A stretch of DNA of 64,000 nt from Acutalibacteraceae bacterium (lineage in GTDB: Bacteria > Bacillota > Clostridia > Oscillospirales > Acutalibacteraceae). Shown here piece after piece: positions 1-7,220 of the stretch. The stretch's first letter is position 1. Each line of letters begins with the position of its first letter. Made by a program: the position numbers and the translations under genes. The notes under the pieces were generated by a model. That model was not told the origin of the DNA. It saw only the letters and a program-made list of their open reading frames with translations, and did not search any database. The stretch spans positions 65,558 to 129,557 of the forward strand of contig JAZUCC010000003.1 of the NCBI GenBank assembly GCA_045638965.1, given 5' to 3'.

Positions 1-2
1 CC

Positions 3-203
3 TTTGTCTATAACATAATAGGCATGTGGGGCATAAGAATTGTGGGAACCTTTATTTTTGTAAATTTCCTGTCAGGCGGTCTTGTGTCTGCATGGGGCTG
101 TATGATAGCTCACAACATGTTCCTTTTCACTTTGTATTTCATCCATTGGATAAGCGGAAAATGGAATCCCCTGAATCAGAAGAATAAGTCAGCCGTTGAA
201 TAA
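3..203 (+). CDS. C-terminal fragment of a polytopic membrane transporter (MATE efflux family-like); gene starts upstream of the window
   Basis: Frame open from window edge to TAA 201-203. Product ...IGMWGIRIVGTFIFVNFLSGGLVSAWGCMIAHNMFLFTLYFIHWISGKWNPLNQKN is hydrophobic helices plus a basic SGKW tail, as at MATE C-termini. Confidence 0.45.
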   Translation, partial: FVYNIIGMWGIRIVGTFIFVNFLSGGLVSAWGCMIAHNMFLFTLYFIHWISGKWNPLNQKNKSAVE

Positions 204-243
204 TTTCCATGTAAATGTAAAAACTACCCTCGGAGGTGTTTTT

Positions 244-597
244 ATGAATTACTTATGGGCATTTATTGTCGGAGGGCTTATATGCACTCTGGGGCAGGTT
301 CTTATAGACAAAACAAAGCTTACCCCTGCAAGGATTCTTGTGGGCTTCGTATGTGCGGGTGTTGTGCTTGGTGCGGTCGGTGTATATGACAGCCTTATTG
401 ATTTTGCAGGTGCGGGGGCAACTCTTCCCATATCGGGCTTCGGCTCTCTTCTTGCAAAAGGCACACGGGAAGCGGTGGACGAGCAGGGGCTTTTAGGGGT
501 ATTCACGGGTCCGCTTACTGCCGGCAGTGCGGGAATCATGGCGGCAGTGCTTTCGGGGCTTGTGCTTTCATTCGTAACTAAACCGAAGCCTAAATAA
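244..597 (+). CDS. spoVAE: Stage V sporulation protein AE (SpoVAC/SpoVAEB family small membrane protein)
   Basis: ORF 196-597. The ATG at 244 is preceded by GGAGGTG. MNYLWAFIVGGLICTLGQVLIDKTKLTPARIL...IDFAGAGATLPISGFG...AGSAGIMAA follows the conserved SpoVAE pattern. Confidence 0.8.
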   Translation: MNYLWAFIVGGLICTLGQVLIDKTKLTPARILVGFVCAGVVLGAVGVYDSLIDFAGAGATLPISGFGSLLAKGTREAVDEQGLLGVFTGPLTAGSAGIMAAVLSGLVLSFVTKPKPK

Positions 598-651
598 TTT
601 TGCCGTAAATGTTGCATATATATAAAATTTTGAGAAAAATTGCAAAACTTC

Positions 652-680
652 TTGTAATTTTTATATATGTGTGCTAATAT
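652..680 (+). promoter_or_regulatory. Sigma-A type promoter candidate for the 27-aa peptide gene
   Basis: TTGTAA (652-657), 17-nt spacer, then extended -10 TGcTAATAT (672-680). Confidence 0.5.
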
Positions 681-715
681 AATGTTGACTAAAAATATTT
701 GAGAGGTGAAAAACC

Positions 716-799
716 ATGACAGTAAACGAAATCATCGAAATCATCAAGGCTTTCTTCAACGCTATCCTTACAATCCTTGGCATGGAACCCATCGAATAA
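716..799 (+). CDS. Small ORF, 27-aa amphipathic peptide MTVNEIIEIIKAFFNAILTILGMEPIE (below the ORF-track cutoff)
   Basis: ATG 716 with GAGAGGTGA 7 nt upstream, TAA 797-799. Own promoter upstream and a strong terminator 20 nt downstream. Confidence 0.45.
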   Translation: MTVNEIIEIIKAFFNAILTILGMEPIE

Positions 800-820
800 G
801 AATAAGTTTTGAAAACTTGT

Positions 821-852
821 AAAAAAACCGACGGAAACGTCGGTTTTTTTTC
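821..852 (+). terminator. Rho-independent terminator
   Basis: ACCGACG-gaaa-CGTCGGT hairpin followed by a T8 run. Confidence 0.8.
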
Positions 853-945
853 TGCTTTTATTGGCTTAATTGAACATTAAATATTGCAAAACTGTGAATT
901 AAATGGTAAAATATTCACAAATAAGAAATATATGGAGGACTGAAT

Positions 946-2226
946 ATGAAAAAGCTTCTCTGCGTAATTCTCTCTTTTTCACTTTTGCTTTCATTACTTG
1001 TGCCCGCATTTGCAAGTGAAAACAAAGCATGGGACGACCTTACGGAAAACGAATATCCCTTTGTTTTTGTTCACGGCATGGGCGGCTGGGGTGCCTATGA
1101 AACAAACGCACCTATGCCTTACTGGGGTGGTATGAATTTTGAAGGACTTAAAATGTCCACCGACGATACAAATATTGTTGATATTCTCAATTCCTACGGC
1201 ATTGAAACCTATGAAGCATCCGTAGGTCCCTTCTCAAGTGCATGGGACAGAGCCTGCGAGCTTTATGCGCAGCTTACAGGTACAGTCACAGACTACGGTG
1301 AGGCTCATTCAAAGGCTCACAATCACGACAGATACGGCTACAGCTATGAGGGCAATGCTCTTATGGATGAAAGCTGGGATCTTACCACTCCCATAAACAT
1401 TATGGGACATTCCTTCGGCGGTCCCACAGTACGTCTTTTCGCTTCTCTCATGTATTACGGTGACGAGGCAGAAGTTGCCGCTACAGGTGAAGAAACATCT
1501 CCTCTTTTTACAGGCGGTCACGATGTTATCCACTCCGTAACAACCTTCTCAAGCCCCAATGACGGCACACCCATTGCAGATTTACTTGTAGATCTCAAGC
1601 TTATTTCTATTATCGGCTTCTTCGGTAATGTTCTCGGTGTTCTTTTCGGTGATGAAATGTCAATGTGGCATCTGCGCTTCGGTCACTTCGGTCTTACTGC
1701 AAAGCAGGATGAGGAAAGAGCACAGTTCAACCTTGCTAATGTTGTGAATTTCTACAATTCCGACGACAACTGCGGCTACGATATGACCATTGACGGTGCA
1801 AAGGAGCTTAATGCAAAAATAAAGCTTGTTCCCACCGCTTACTACTATTCCTACACTGCAATCGCAACCGAGGAAAATGCTGTCGGCATGCAGAAGCTTA
1901 CAACACCCTCCCTTTTCTCTTTCTCCTCCCTTGTGCTTGCTCTTTCAGAGGGCAAGACCATTGACGGTGTTGAAATGACAAAGGAATGGGCAATAAGTGA
2001 CGGCATCGTGCCCTATGCAAGCTCAAAGTGTCCCGCACAGGATGCGGCTACAGCAAGGTATTACACCGAGGCTGTAAATAACGGTGAGGAAATTGAGCCG
2101 GGCAGATGGTATATCATGGATTCGCTTCAGGATTTCCAGCATGCAAGCTTCATGGGTACAGTAGGCTGGCCCACAAGTGTTGAGGATTTCTATACCAATT
2201 TCATCAACACTGTAAACGCAAGATAA
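946..2226 (+). CDS. Secreted triacylglycerol lipase/esterase (alpha/beta hydrolase, staphylococcal/Bacillus lipase-like)
   Basis: GGAGG RBS and a signal peptide (MKKLLCVILSFSLLLSLLVPAFA). Oxyanion-type FVHGMGGWG and nucleophile elbow GHSFGG. Confidence 0.8.
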   Translation: MKKLLCVILSFSLLLSLLVPAFASENKAWDDLTENEYPFVFVHGMGGWGAYETNAPMPYWGGMNFEGLKMSTDDTNIVDILNSYGIETYEASVGPFSSAWDRACELYAQLTGTVTDYGEAHSKAHNHDRYGYSYEGNALMDESWDLTTPINIMGHSFGGPTVRLFASLMYYGDEAEVAATGEETSPLFTGGHDVIHSVTTFSSPNDGTPIADLLVDLKLISIIGFFGNVLGVLFGDEMSMWHLRFGHFGLTAKQDEERAQFNLANVVNFYNSDDNCGYDMTIDGAKELNAKIKLVPTAYYYSYTAIATEENAVGMQKLTTPSLFSFSSLVLALSEGKTIDGVEMTKEWAISDGIVPYASSKCPAQDAATARYYTEAVNNGEEIEPGRWYIMDSLQDFQHASFMGTVGWPTSVEDFYTNFINTVNAR

Positions 2227-2271
2227 ACTGCCCATAAGGGGAGTTGCGATAAAGGATTATTGCAACTCCCA

Positions 2272-2483
2272 ATGATATATTACCTGACAGTAATATGATA
2301 TATTTCGTAAATAAATATGATATATGCCCACAGGGCATATTATAAAATAAAAATACCTCTGCTTTTTTTGGAAGCGGAGATATTTTTTCCCTTAATATTT
2401 TCGCAGAAAATATATCATAGGCGAAGCCTATATCATACATCATCAGATGTATATCATAGATTTGCTTTGCAAATCTATATCAT
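2272..2483. repeat. Array of seven copies of a 9-10 bp motif (ATGATATAT x3 forward, TATATCAT(A) x4 reverse)
   Basis: Forward copies start at 2272, 2295 and 2317 (22-23 bp spacing). Reverse-complement copies start at 2410, 2428, 2449 and 2475. The array lies between the lipase stop and the esterase start. Confidence 0.7.
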
Positions 2484-2665
2484 TGCAGGTTGGGATTATC
2501 CCTAATCTCAACCTACTAAGGCACAGCTTTTATAAGCACAGAAAAAGAGGTAATGCGGATAAGTTTTTCGCATTATCTCCTGTTTTTATGTAATAAACCT
2601 TGAAAAAATCGGACAAAAAGGATATAATCGGTATAAAGAATTTATATAAATGGATGGTGCAGCCT

Positions 2666-3715
2666 ATGAAAAAGCTTATTTCCCTTATCCTTGCAGCTTT
2701 GTTGTTATCAGGAAGCCTCGGGCTTATTGCTTCTGCGGCGGGCAGAAAAAATGCTCTTCCCGTTTCAGCAGGCATTGAAGCCCTTCGTGATGAATTTTTT
2801 ATAGATACTGCCCCCAAGGCAGACGGCTATGCACTTGATTATGCCTGCTATTCTCCCGCTGCGGCAGGCGATACACAGAAATATCCGCTTGTAATATTCC
2901 TTCACGGTATAGGTCACGGAGATTATGCGGGCTCACAGCTTGACGACAGTGATTTTCCCTATTGGGCCTCCGAGGAGCTTCAGTCAAGATTCACCGAGGG
3001 CGGCGCATTTATTCTTCTTCCCCGTGCTCCCGAGCAGAAGCTTGTTTACTGGAGCAAGACCCTTATCCCTGCTCTTCGCAGTGTTATTGACGATGTGATA
3101 GAAAAATACGGAGATAATATTGATACCTCAAAAATTTTCATCGGCGGCTCCTCCGCAGGCGGTGAAATGACATGGGATATGATAGTAGCATTTCCCGAAT
3201 ATTTTGCAGGTGCTTTCCCCATTGCTGCAACAGGTACCGTAAGTGCTGCAGACACAAAAAAGTGCGCCGATGTTGCAATATGGATGATTTCAAGCACAAA
3301 GGACCCCGTAATCAGCTATATTGCCACAACAAAGCCGCTGTGGAACAATGTATGTAAGAATAATAACAATCCTGAAAAGTGCCGACTTACAAGCTTCGGT
3401 ACGGTTGTTGAGCCTGACGGAAGCAAGGCAAGCGGCAATCATCATATGGCAAAGACCGTTACCTTTGATATGCACATGCTCGACGGCAGTGCATATACCG
3501 ATGTAACCCATGTAAACGGACTGGGACAGGAGCTTTCACTCGTAAGTCCCGAGGGTATGATTTCATGGATGAACAGTATAGATTCTGCATACGGCGGTGA
3601 ATCAGGTGACGGCAGCGGTAATATAAATGTGAATTTCTTCACAAATATCGGTGATGCCATCAGAAATTTCTTCCTTAAAATTGTAAATCTTTTCCAGAGA
3701 CTTTTCGGACTTTAA
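2666..3715 (+). CDS. Secreted alpha/beta-hydrolase esterase (prolyl oligopeptidase/PHB-depolymerase-like carbohydrate esterase fold) with an amphipathic C-terminal tail
   Basis: ORF 2600-3715. The ATG at 2666 starts a signal peptide MKKLISLILAALLLSGSLGLIASA. Has FLHGIGH and the nucleophile motif GGSSAGG. Ends ...NFFTNIGDAIRNFFLKIVNLFQRLFGL. Confidence 0.7.
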   Translation: MKKLISLILAALLLSGSLGLIASAAGRKNALPVSAGIEALRDEFFIDTAPKADGYALDYACYSPAAAGDTQKYPLVIFLHGIGHGDYAGSQLDDSDFPYWASEELQSRFTEGGAFILLPRAPEQKLVYWSKTLIPALRSVIDDVIEKYGDNIDTSKIFIGGSSAGGEMTWDMIVAFPEYFAGAFPIAATGTVSAADTKKCADVAIWMISSTKDPVISYIATTKPLWNNVCKNNNNPEKCRLTSFGTVVEPDGSKASGNHHMAKTVTFDMHMLDGSAYTDVTHVNGLGQELSLVSPEGMISWMNSIDSAYGGESGDGSGNINVNFFTNIGDAIRNFFLKIVNLFQRLFGL

Positions 3716-3722
3716 TAAAAAT

Positions 3723-3748
3723 CAGGTTGTATCAGCTGATACAACCTG
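3723..3748. terminator. Bidirectional terminator (perfect 26-nt palindrome)
   Basis: CAGGTTGTATCAGCTGATACAACCTG flanked by an A-run and a T-run, between convergent genes. Confidence 0.8.
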
Positions 3749-3754
3749 TATTTT

Positions 3755-4750
3755 TTATGCCATTCTTTCAAGGGCTTCAAGTGTTATTTCGTACTGCGTT
3801 TCTTCTCCCTCAAGCATTTTTGCGAATTCATCCATCATGTAGTGTGCCATTCTCTGTGTTTCATTTCCCATGCTTCCTGCTATATGGGGAGTCAGAATTG
3901 CATTGTGACACCAGAAAAGGGGACTTGTAAAGGGGCGCAGCTCATTTTTCAGAACATCACCCACAAAGGTTATTGAGGGATTTCTGATAAGCCAGCGGGC
4001 AAGGTCGCCCTCCTTTATCTGATTTCCTCTGCCTGTGTTTATAAATACGGAGTGCTTTTTCATTCTGCTGAAAAGACTGTAGTTGAAAATGTTCTTAAGC
4101 TCCTTCTTGTCCGCAAGGTGGTTACTGATAACATCGCATTCGGAAAAAACAGTTTCCATATCAACGAGGGTCACACCGAGAGCCTTTGCAGTTTCTTCAG
4201 GCACAAAGGGGTCACAGGCAAGCACCTGTACCTCAAGCATCTGAAGCCGTTTTGCAACCTCCTTGCCGATAGCACCGAGACCTATAAGACCTACCTTTAT
4301 ACCGTAGTTGCCGGGAGCGGTCTTTGAATGCATAAAGGAGCGCAGAAGCAGGGGCTTATAGCATTTTGATGCCTGAAAAAAGCCCTTTGATGCAAGAATT
4401 ACCTGTGCCAGTGTGTATTCCGTAACGGGAACGGCATTTGCGGCAAATGCACTGAAAACCTTTATCCCCGATTCTAAAAAGGGGCGTGCGAAATACTGCA
4501 CCGTGCCTGCGGAATAGAAAACTGCCTTAAGGCGGGGCATATATTCCTTTATTTCCTCTTTTGTGAAGGCGGGCATTCCCCATGTGGAAAAGGCATATTC
4601 GCAGTCTGCGAGAAAATCCTTGTGATTTTTTACATTGCCCTTGTCAATAAGCGGTGACACCTCACCGAAGCTCTTCAGTCTTTCAAGCACCGAGGGGGTA
4701 TATACACTGTTGAATCTATGTTTATCCGAGCCGAAAATTGCGATTTTCAT
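3755..4750 (-). CDS. D-isomer specific 2-hydroxyacid dehydrogenase family, NAD-binding
   Basis: Rossmann motif GLIGLGAIGKEVAKRL; C-terminal ...TPHIAG catalytic-His region typical of the family. Confidence 0.85.
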   Translation of the reverse strand: MKIAIFGSDKHRFNSVYTPSVLERLKSFGEVSPLIDKGNVKNHKDFLADCEYAFSTWGMPAFTKEEIKEYMPRLKAVFYSAGTVQYFARPFLESGIKVFSAFAANAVPVTEYTLAQVILASKGFFQASKCYKPLLLRSFMHSKTAPGNYGIKVGLIGLGAIGKEVAKRLQMLEVQVLACDPFVPEETAKALGVTLVDMETVFSECDVISNHLADKKELKNIFNYSLFSRMKKHSVFINTGRGNQIKEGDLARWLIRNPSITFVGDVLKNELRPFTSPLFWCHNAILTPHIAGSMGNETQRMAHYMMDEFAKMLEGEETQYEITLEALERMA

Positions 4751-4789
4751 GTTGCCTCCGAAATATATTATTTATGCTGATATTCTACC

Positions 4790-4832
4790 ACAAAAAAGAA
4801 AAACAGGCAAACGGTTTTTCCCGTCTGCCTGT
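4790..4832 (-). terminator. Rho-independent terminator after the 79-aa gene
   Basis: On the minus strand: ACAGGCAGACGG-gaaaaa-CCGTTTGCCTGT followed by TTTTTCTTTTTT. Confidence 0.75.
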
Positions 4833-4840
4833 AGAAATTC

Positions 4841-5080
4841 TTAGTCGAGCTGTGCAAGCTTTTCCTTGAAATCTTCAATTCTTTCAGCAGTGTTTGTGAT
4901 TCCCATTGAATCAGCAATTGTTTCAATGAAGGGAAGAGCCTGCTCAAGAGTGAAGGGTCTGCCGATTTCAAGCATAGGATGATCCTTTGCTTCGGGAACG
5001 AGCTCGAAAAGGAATTCAGCAGTCTTGGGATTATCAAGAAGCTCGCCGATTGTTGTTTCTTCAAATGAGTACTTTGCCAT
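4841..5080 (-). CDS. Hypothetical 79-aa acidic protein, last gene of the acyl-CoA ligase unit
   Basis: AAGGAG RBS upstream; 18 nt after the ligase stop; followed by a terminator. No family recognised. Confidence 0.6.
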   Translation of the reverse strand: MAKYSFEETTIGELLDNPKTAEFLFELVPEAKDHPMLEIGRPFTLEQALPFIETIADSMGITNTAERIEDFKEKLAQLD

Positions 5081-5098
5081 GATTAAAATCTCCTTATT

Positions 5099-6757
5099 TT
5101 ACATTTTTTCTAATTTCATGAAGTCAACCTTTTCAAGGGGTGTGTGCGGAAGCTCATCCATGAAGATAATTTCTCTGGGAACGGAGAACTGATTGAGGTT
5201 CTTTGCACATGCCTCGGTGATGATTTTCTTGTATTCTTCCTCGTCGCCCTTTGTTTTAAGAGAAGCGTAAAGTCTTACAAGAACCTTGCCGTCAGCAGTT
5301 GTGCCTCTTACTGCACATGATTCCTTGATAAAGGGAAGTGTATCCATAAGATTTTCAATATCTACAGGATATACATTGTAGCCTGAAATAATGATGATTC
5401 TCTTTTTTCTGCCGTAGAAATAGAAGAAATCCTCATCATCCTGGTAACCGAGGTCACCTGAAAGCACCCAGGGGGTACCCTCTTCATCGTAATAAATACC
5501 TGCGTCCTTGGGACCGTCATCTGTAAGATAGCCCTCCATCATTGTGGAGCCTGAAATTACGATTTCGCCGACCTCACCGTTGGGAACTCTCTTGTGATCA
5601 TCGTCCCATATTTCCATGCGAAGACCCTCAAGAGGCTTACCGATGGAGCCGTCCTTATATACCCAGTTTGTGTTTACGCAGCAAACGGAGCCAACCTCTG
5701 TAAGACCGTAGCCCTGACGAAGACGGGCAGATGTTCCGTTTCTTTCAAGCATACCGTTGAAGGCTTCAAGGAATGCGGGTGAAAGGTCGTCACCGCCGAC
5801 AAACATCATACGGGTGTTCTTAAGGTGGGGTCCGTCAAAGCCGGGAGTGTTGTAGAGCTTCTTGAACATGTTGGGAATACCGCCGATGCCTACAATATTG
5901 TTTTTCTTATAGAGCTTGATAACAAGCTTTGCATCAAACTGCATGAGGGGAATGATTCGACCCGCATTGCAAAGAGCCATGTGACCTGCAACAACAAGAC
6001 CGAAGGCATGGAAGAAGGGAAGAATAATGATTTCAGCTTCTTCACCGGGATATTCAATGTGGTCTATGTAGCCCAGCTTATGAACATTTTCGTTGATAGC
6101 CTTGTTTGTAAGCTTGATTGTCTTGCTCTTTCCTGTTGTTCCGCCGCCGTTTAAGTAAACTGCAATGTCATCACAGTTGTTGACGCAGCCCTCAACGGTT
6201 CTGCCCTCATACTTCTTTACAACATCCTTGTAAAGAGTTGCATTCTTGTAGCCGAGAATTTTTTCAAGAAGGGCTTCACCTGCACCTGCTGCTGCCTTCT
6301 TTGCGGGAGATGCATAGTCGGAGCAACGGCAGAGAAGCACGGGAAGACCGAGTGAATTCACTGCATCGACATTGTGCTGCTTGAGTCCTAAAACACCAAG
6401 ACACATAATGCCCTTTGAGCCTGATTCCTTCACGGTTTCAATAAGCGCTTCATCGGGAAGCAGGGGATGAAGGAAGTTTACAATAACACCAAGCTTATTG
6501 AGAGCATAGAAGGCGGTGAAGCTTTCTATGTCCGAGGGAACGAATATGGAATAAACGTCGCCCTTTCTGAGTCCGAGCTCTTTGTGGAAGTATGTGGCAA
6601 GCGCTTCAATGTCACAGATGAACTTTGAACGCATAACCATTTCGTCCATGTGCTGAGCCTGCTTGTAGTCACCGTATTTTTCAGTGGCTGCGAGGTAGAA
6701 TTCATAACAGTTATAGTTTTTGGATTCTATCATGTTTGAAAAAGGTTCACTATTCAT
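5099..6757 (-). CDS. AMP-dependent synthetase/ligase (acyl-CoA synthetase family), paralog 1
   Basis: AMP-binding core YLNGGGTTGKSKTIKLT, GYGLTE, and the SGDLGY...GRKKRIIIISGYNVYP hinge/A8 region. Confidence 0.85.
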   Translation of the reverse strand: MNSEPFSNMIESKNYNCYEFYLAATEKYGDYKQAQHMDEMVMRSKFICDIEALATYFHKELGLRKGDVYSIFVPSDIESFTAFYALNKLGVIVNFLHPLLPDEALIETVKESGSKGIMCLGVLGLKQHNVDAVNSLGLPVLLCRCSDYASPAKKAAAGAGEALLEKILGYKNATLYKDVVKKYEGRTVEGCVNNCDDIAVYLNGGGTTGKSKTIKLTNKAINENVHKLGYIDHIEYPGEEAEIIILPFFHAFGLVVAGHMALCNAGRIIPLMQFDAKLVIKLYKKNNIVGIGGIPNMFKKLYNTPGFDGPHLKNTRMMFVGGDDLSPAFLEAFNGMLERNGTSARLRQGYGLTEVGSVCCVNTNWVYKDGSIGKPLEGLRMEIWDDDHKRVPNGEVGEIVISGSTMMEGYLTDDGPKDAGIYYDEEGTPWVLSGDLGYQDDEDFFYFYGRKKRIIIISGYNVYPVDIENLMDTLPFIKESCAVRGTTADGKVLVRLYASLKTKGDEEEYKKIITEACAKNLNQFSVPREIIFMDELPHTPLEKVDFMKLEKM

Positions 6758-6789
6758 TTTATCTTTTCTCTTCCTACTTTTTTTGTATA

Positions 6790-7110
6790 TCAGTCAGAAA
6801 TCTTGTGACCGTTCTTGAGGGGGATGTTTCTCTTCATGAAGGGAATGCGGAGAACACCCTCAAATGTGTCACCATTGAAGGTAACCTCTGCTTCAAGCTC
6901 CTTGCCGGGAAGCATTGTGATTTCGCCCTTACCCTTAAGGGTATTGCCGTTTTCAACGATGTCATAAGTTCTGATTTTAACATCCTTGAGCTTGTCGGGA
7001 AGCTGGAAGTCAATGTCGTACTGACCGTCCTTGTCAGCGATTACAACTGTAATATCGCCCTTGTAAATCATCATGTTGACTGATGTTACCCATGTACCTA
7101 AGCCTATCAT
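6790..7110 (-). CDS. Hypothetical 106-aa protein between the two ligase paralogs
   Basis: GGAGG RBS. Alternating polar/hydrophobic beta-strand-like sequence. No family recognised. Confidence 0.55.
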   Translation of the reverse strand: MIGLGTWVTSVNMMIYKGDITVVIADKDGQYDIDFQLPDKLKDVKIRTYDIVENGNTLKGKGEITMLPGKELEAEVTFNGDTFEGVLRIPFMKRNIPLKNGHKISD

Positions 7111-7145
7111 AGGAAAAACCTCCGATATGTTAATTTATTGATAAA

Positions 7146-7154
7146 ATTATATCA
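7146..7154 (-). promoter_or_regulatory. Extended -10 element (TGATATAAT on the minus strand) ahead of the 106-aa gene
   Basis: The reverse complement of 7146-7154 reads TGaTATAAT. It sits in the 110-bp gap after ligase paralog 2. Confidence 0.45.
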
Positions 7155-7220
7155 CTCTGTAAGATGAAGAATGTGAACAAATTGTTAAAAATGCCACTGA
7201 GTTGCGGAATAAATAACAAA

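Noticed and set aside
196-243. An N-terminal extension of spoVAE (ORF track start at 196).
   Set aside because: The extension begins at a non-ATG codon overlapping the upstream gene's stop. The ATG at 244 has a GGAGGTG RBS and matches where SpoVAE homologs start.
4841-5080. The 79-aa protein as an acyl carrier protein for the neighbouring ligase (IADSMGI resembles a D-S-L/M phosphopantetheine site).
   Set aside because: The motif sits at residue ~57 of 79, rather than near the start of helix 2 at about residue 35-45 where I recall carrier proteins placing it. The surrounding sequence lacks the usual GxDS context. This is too weak to call.
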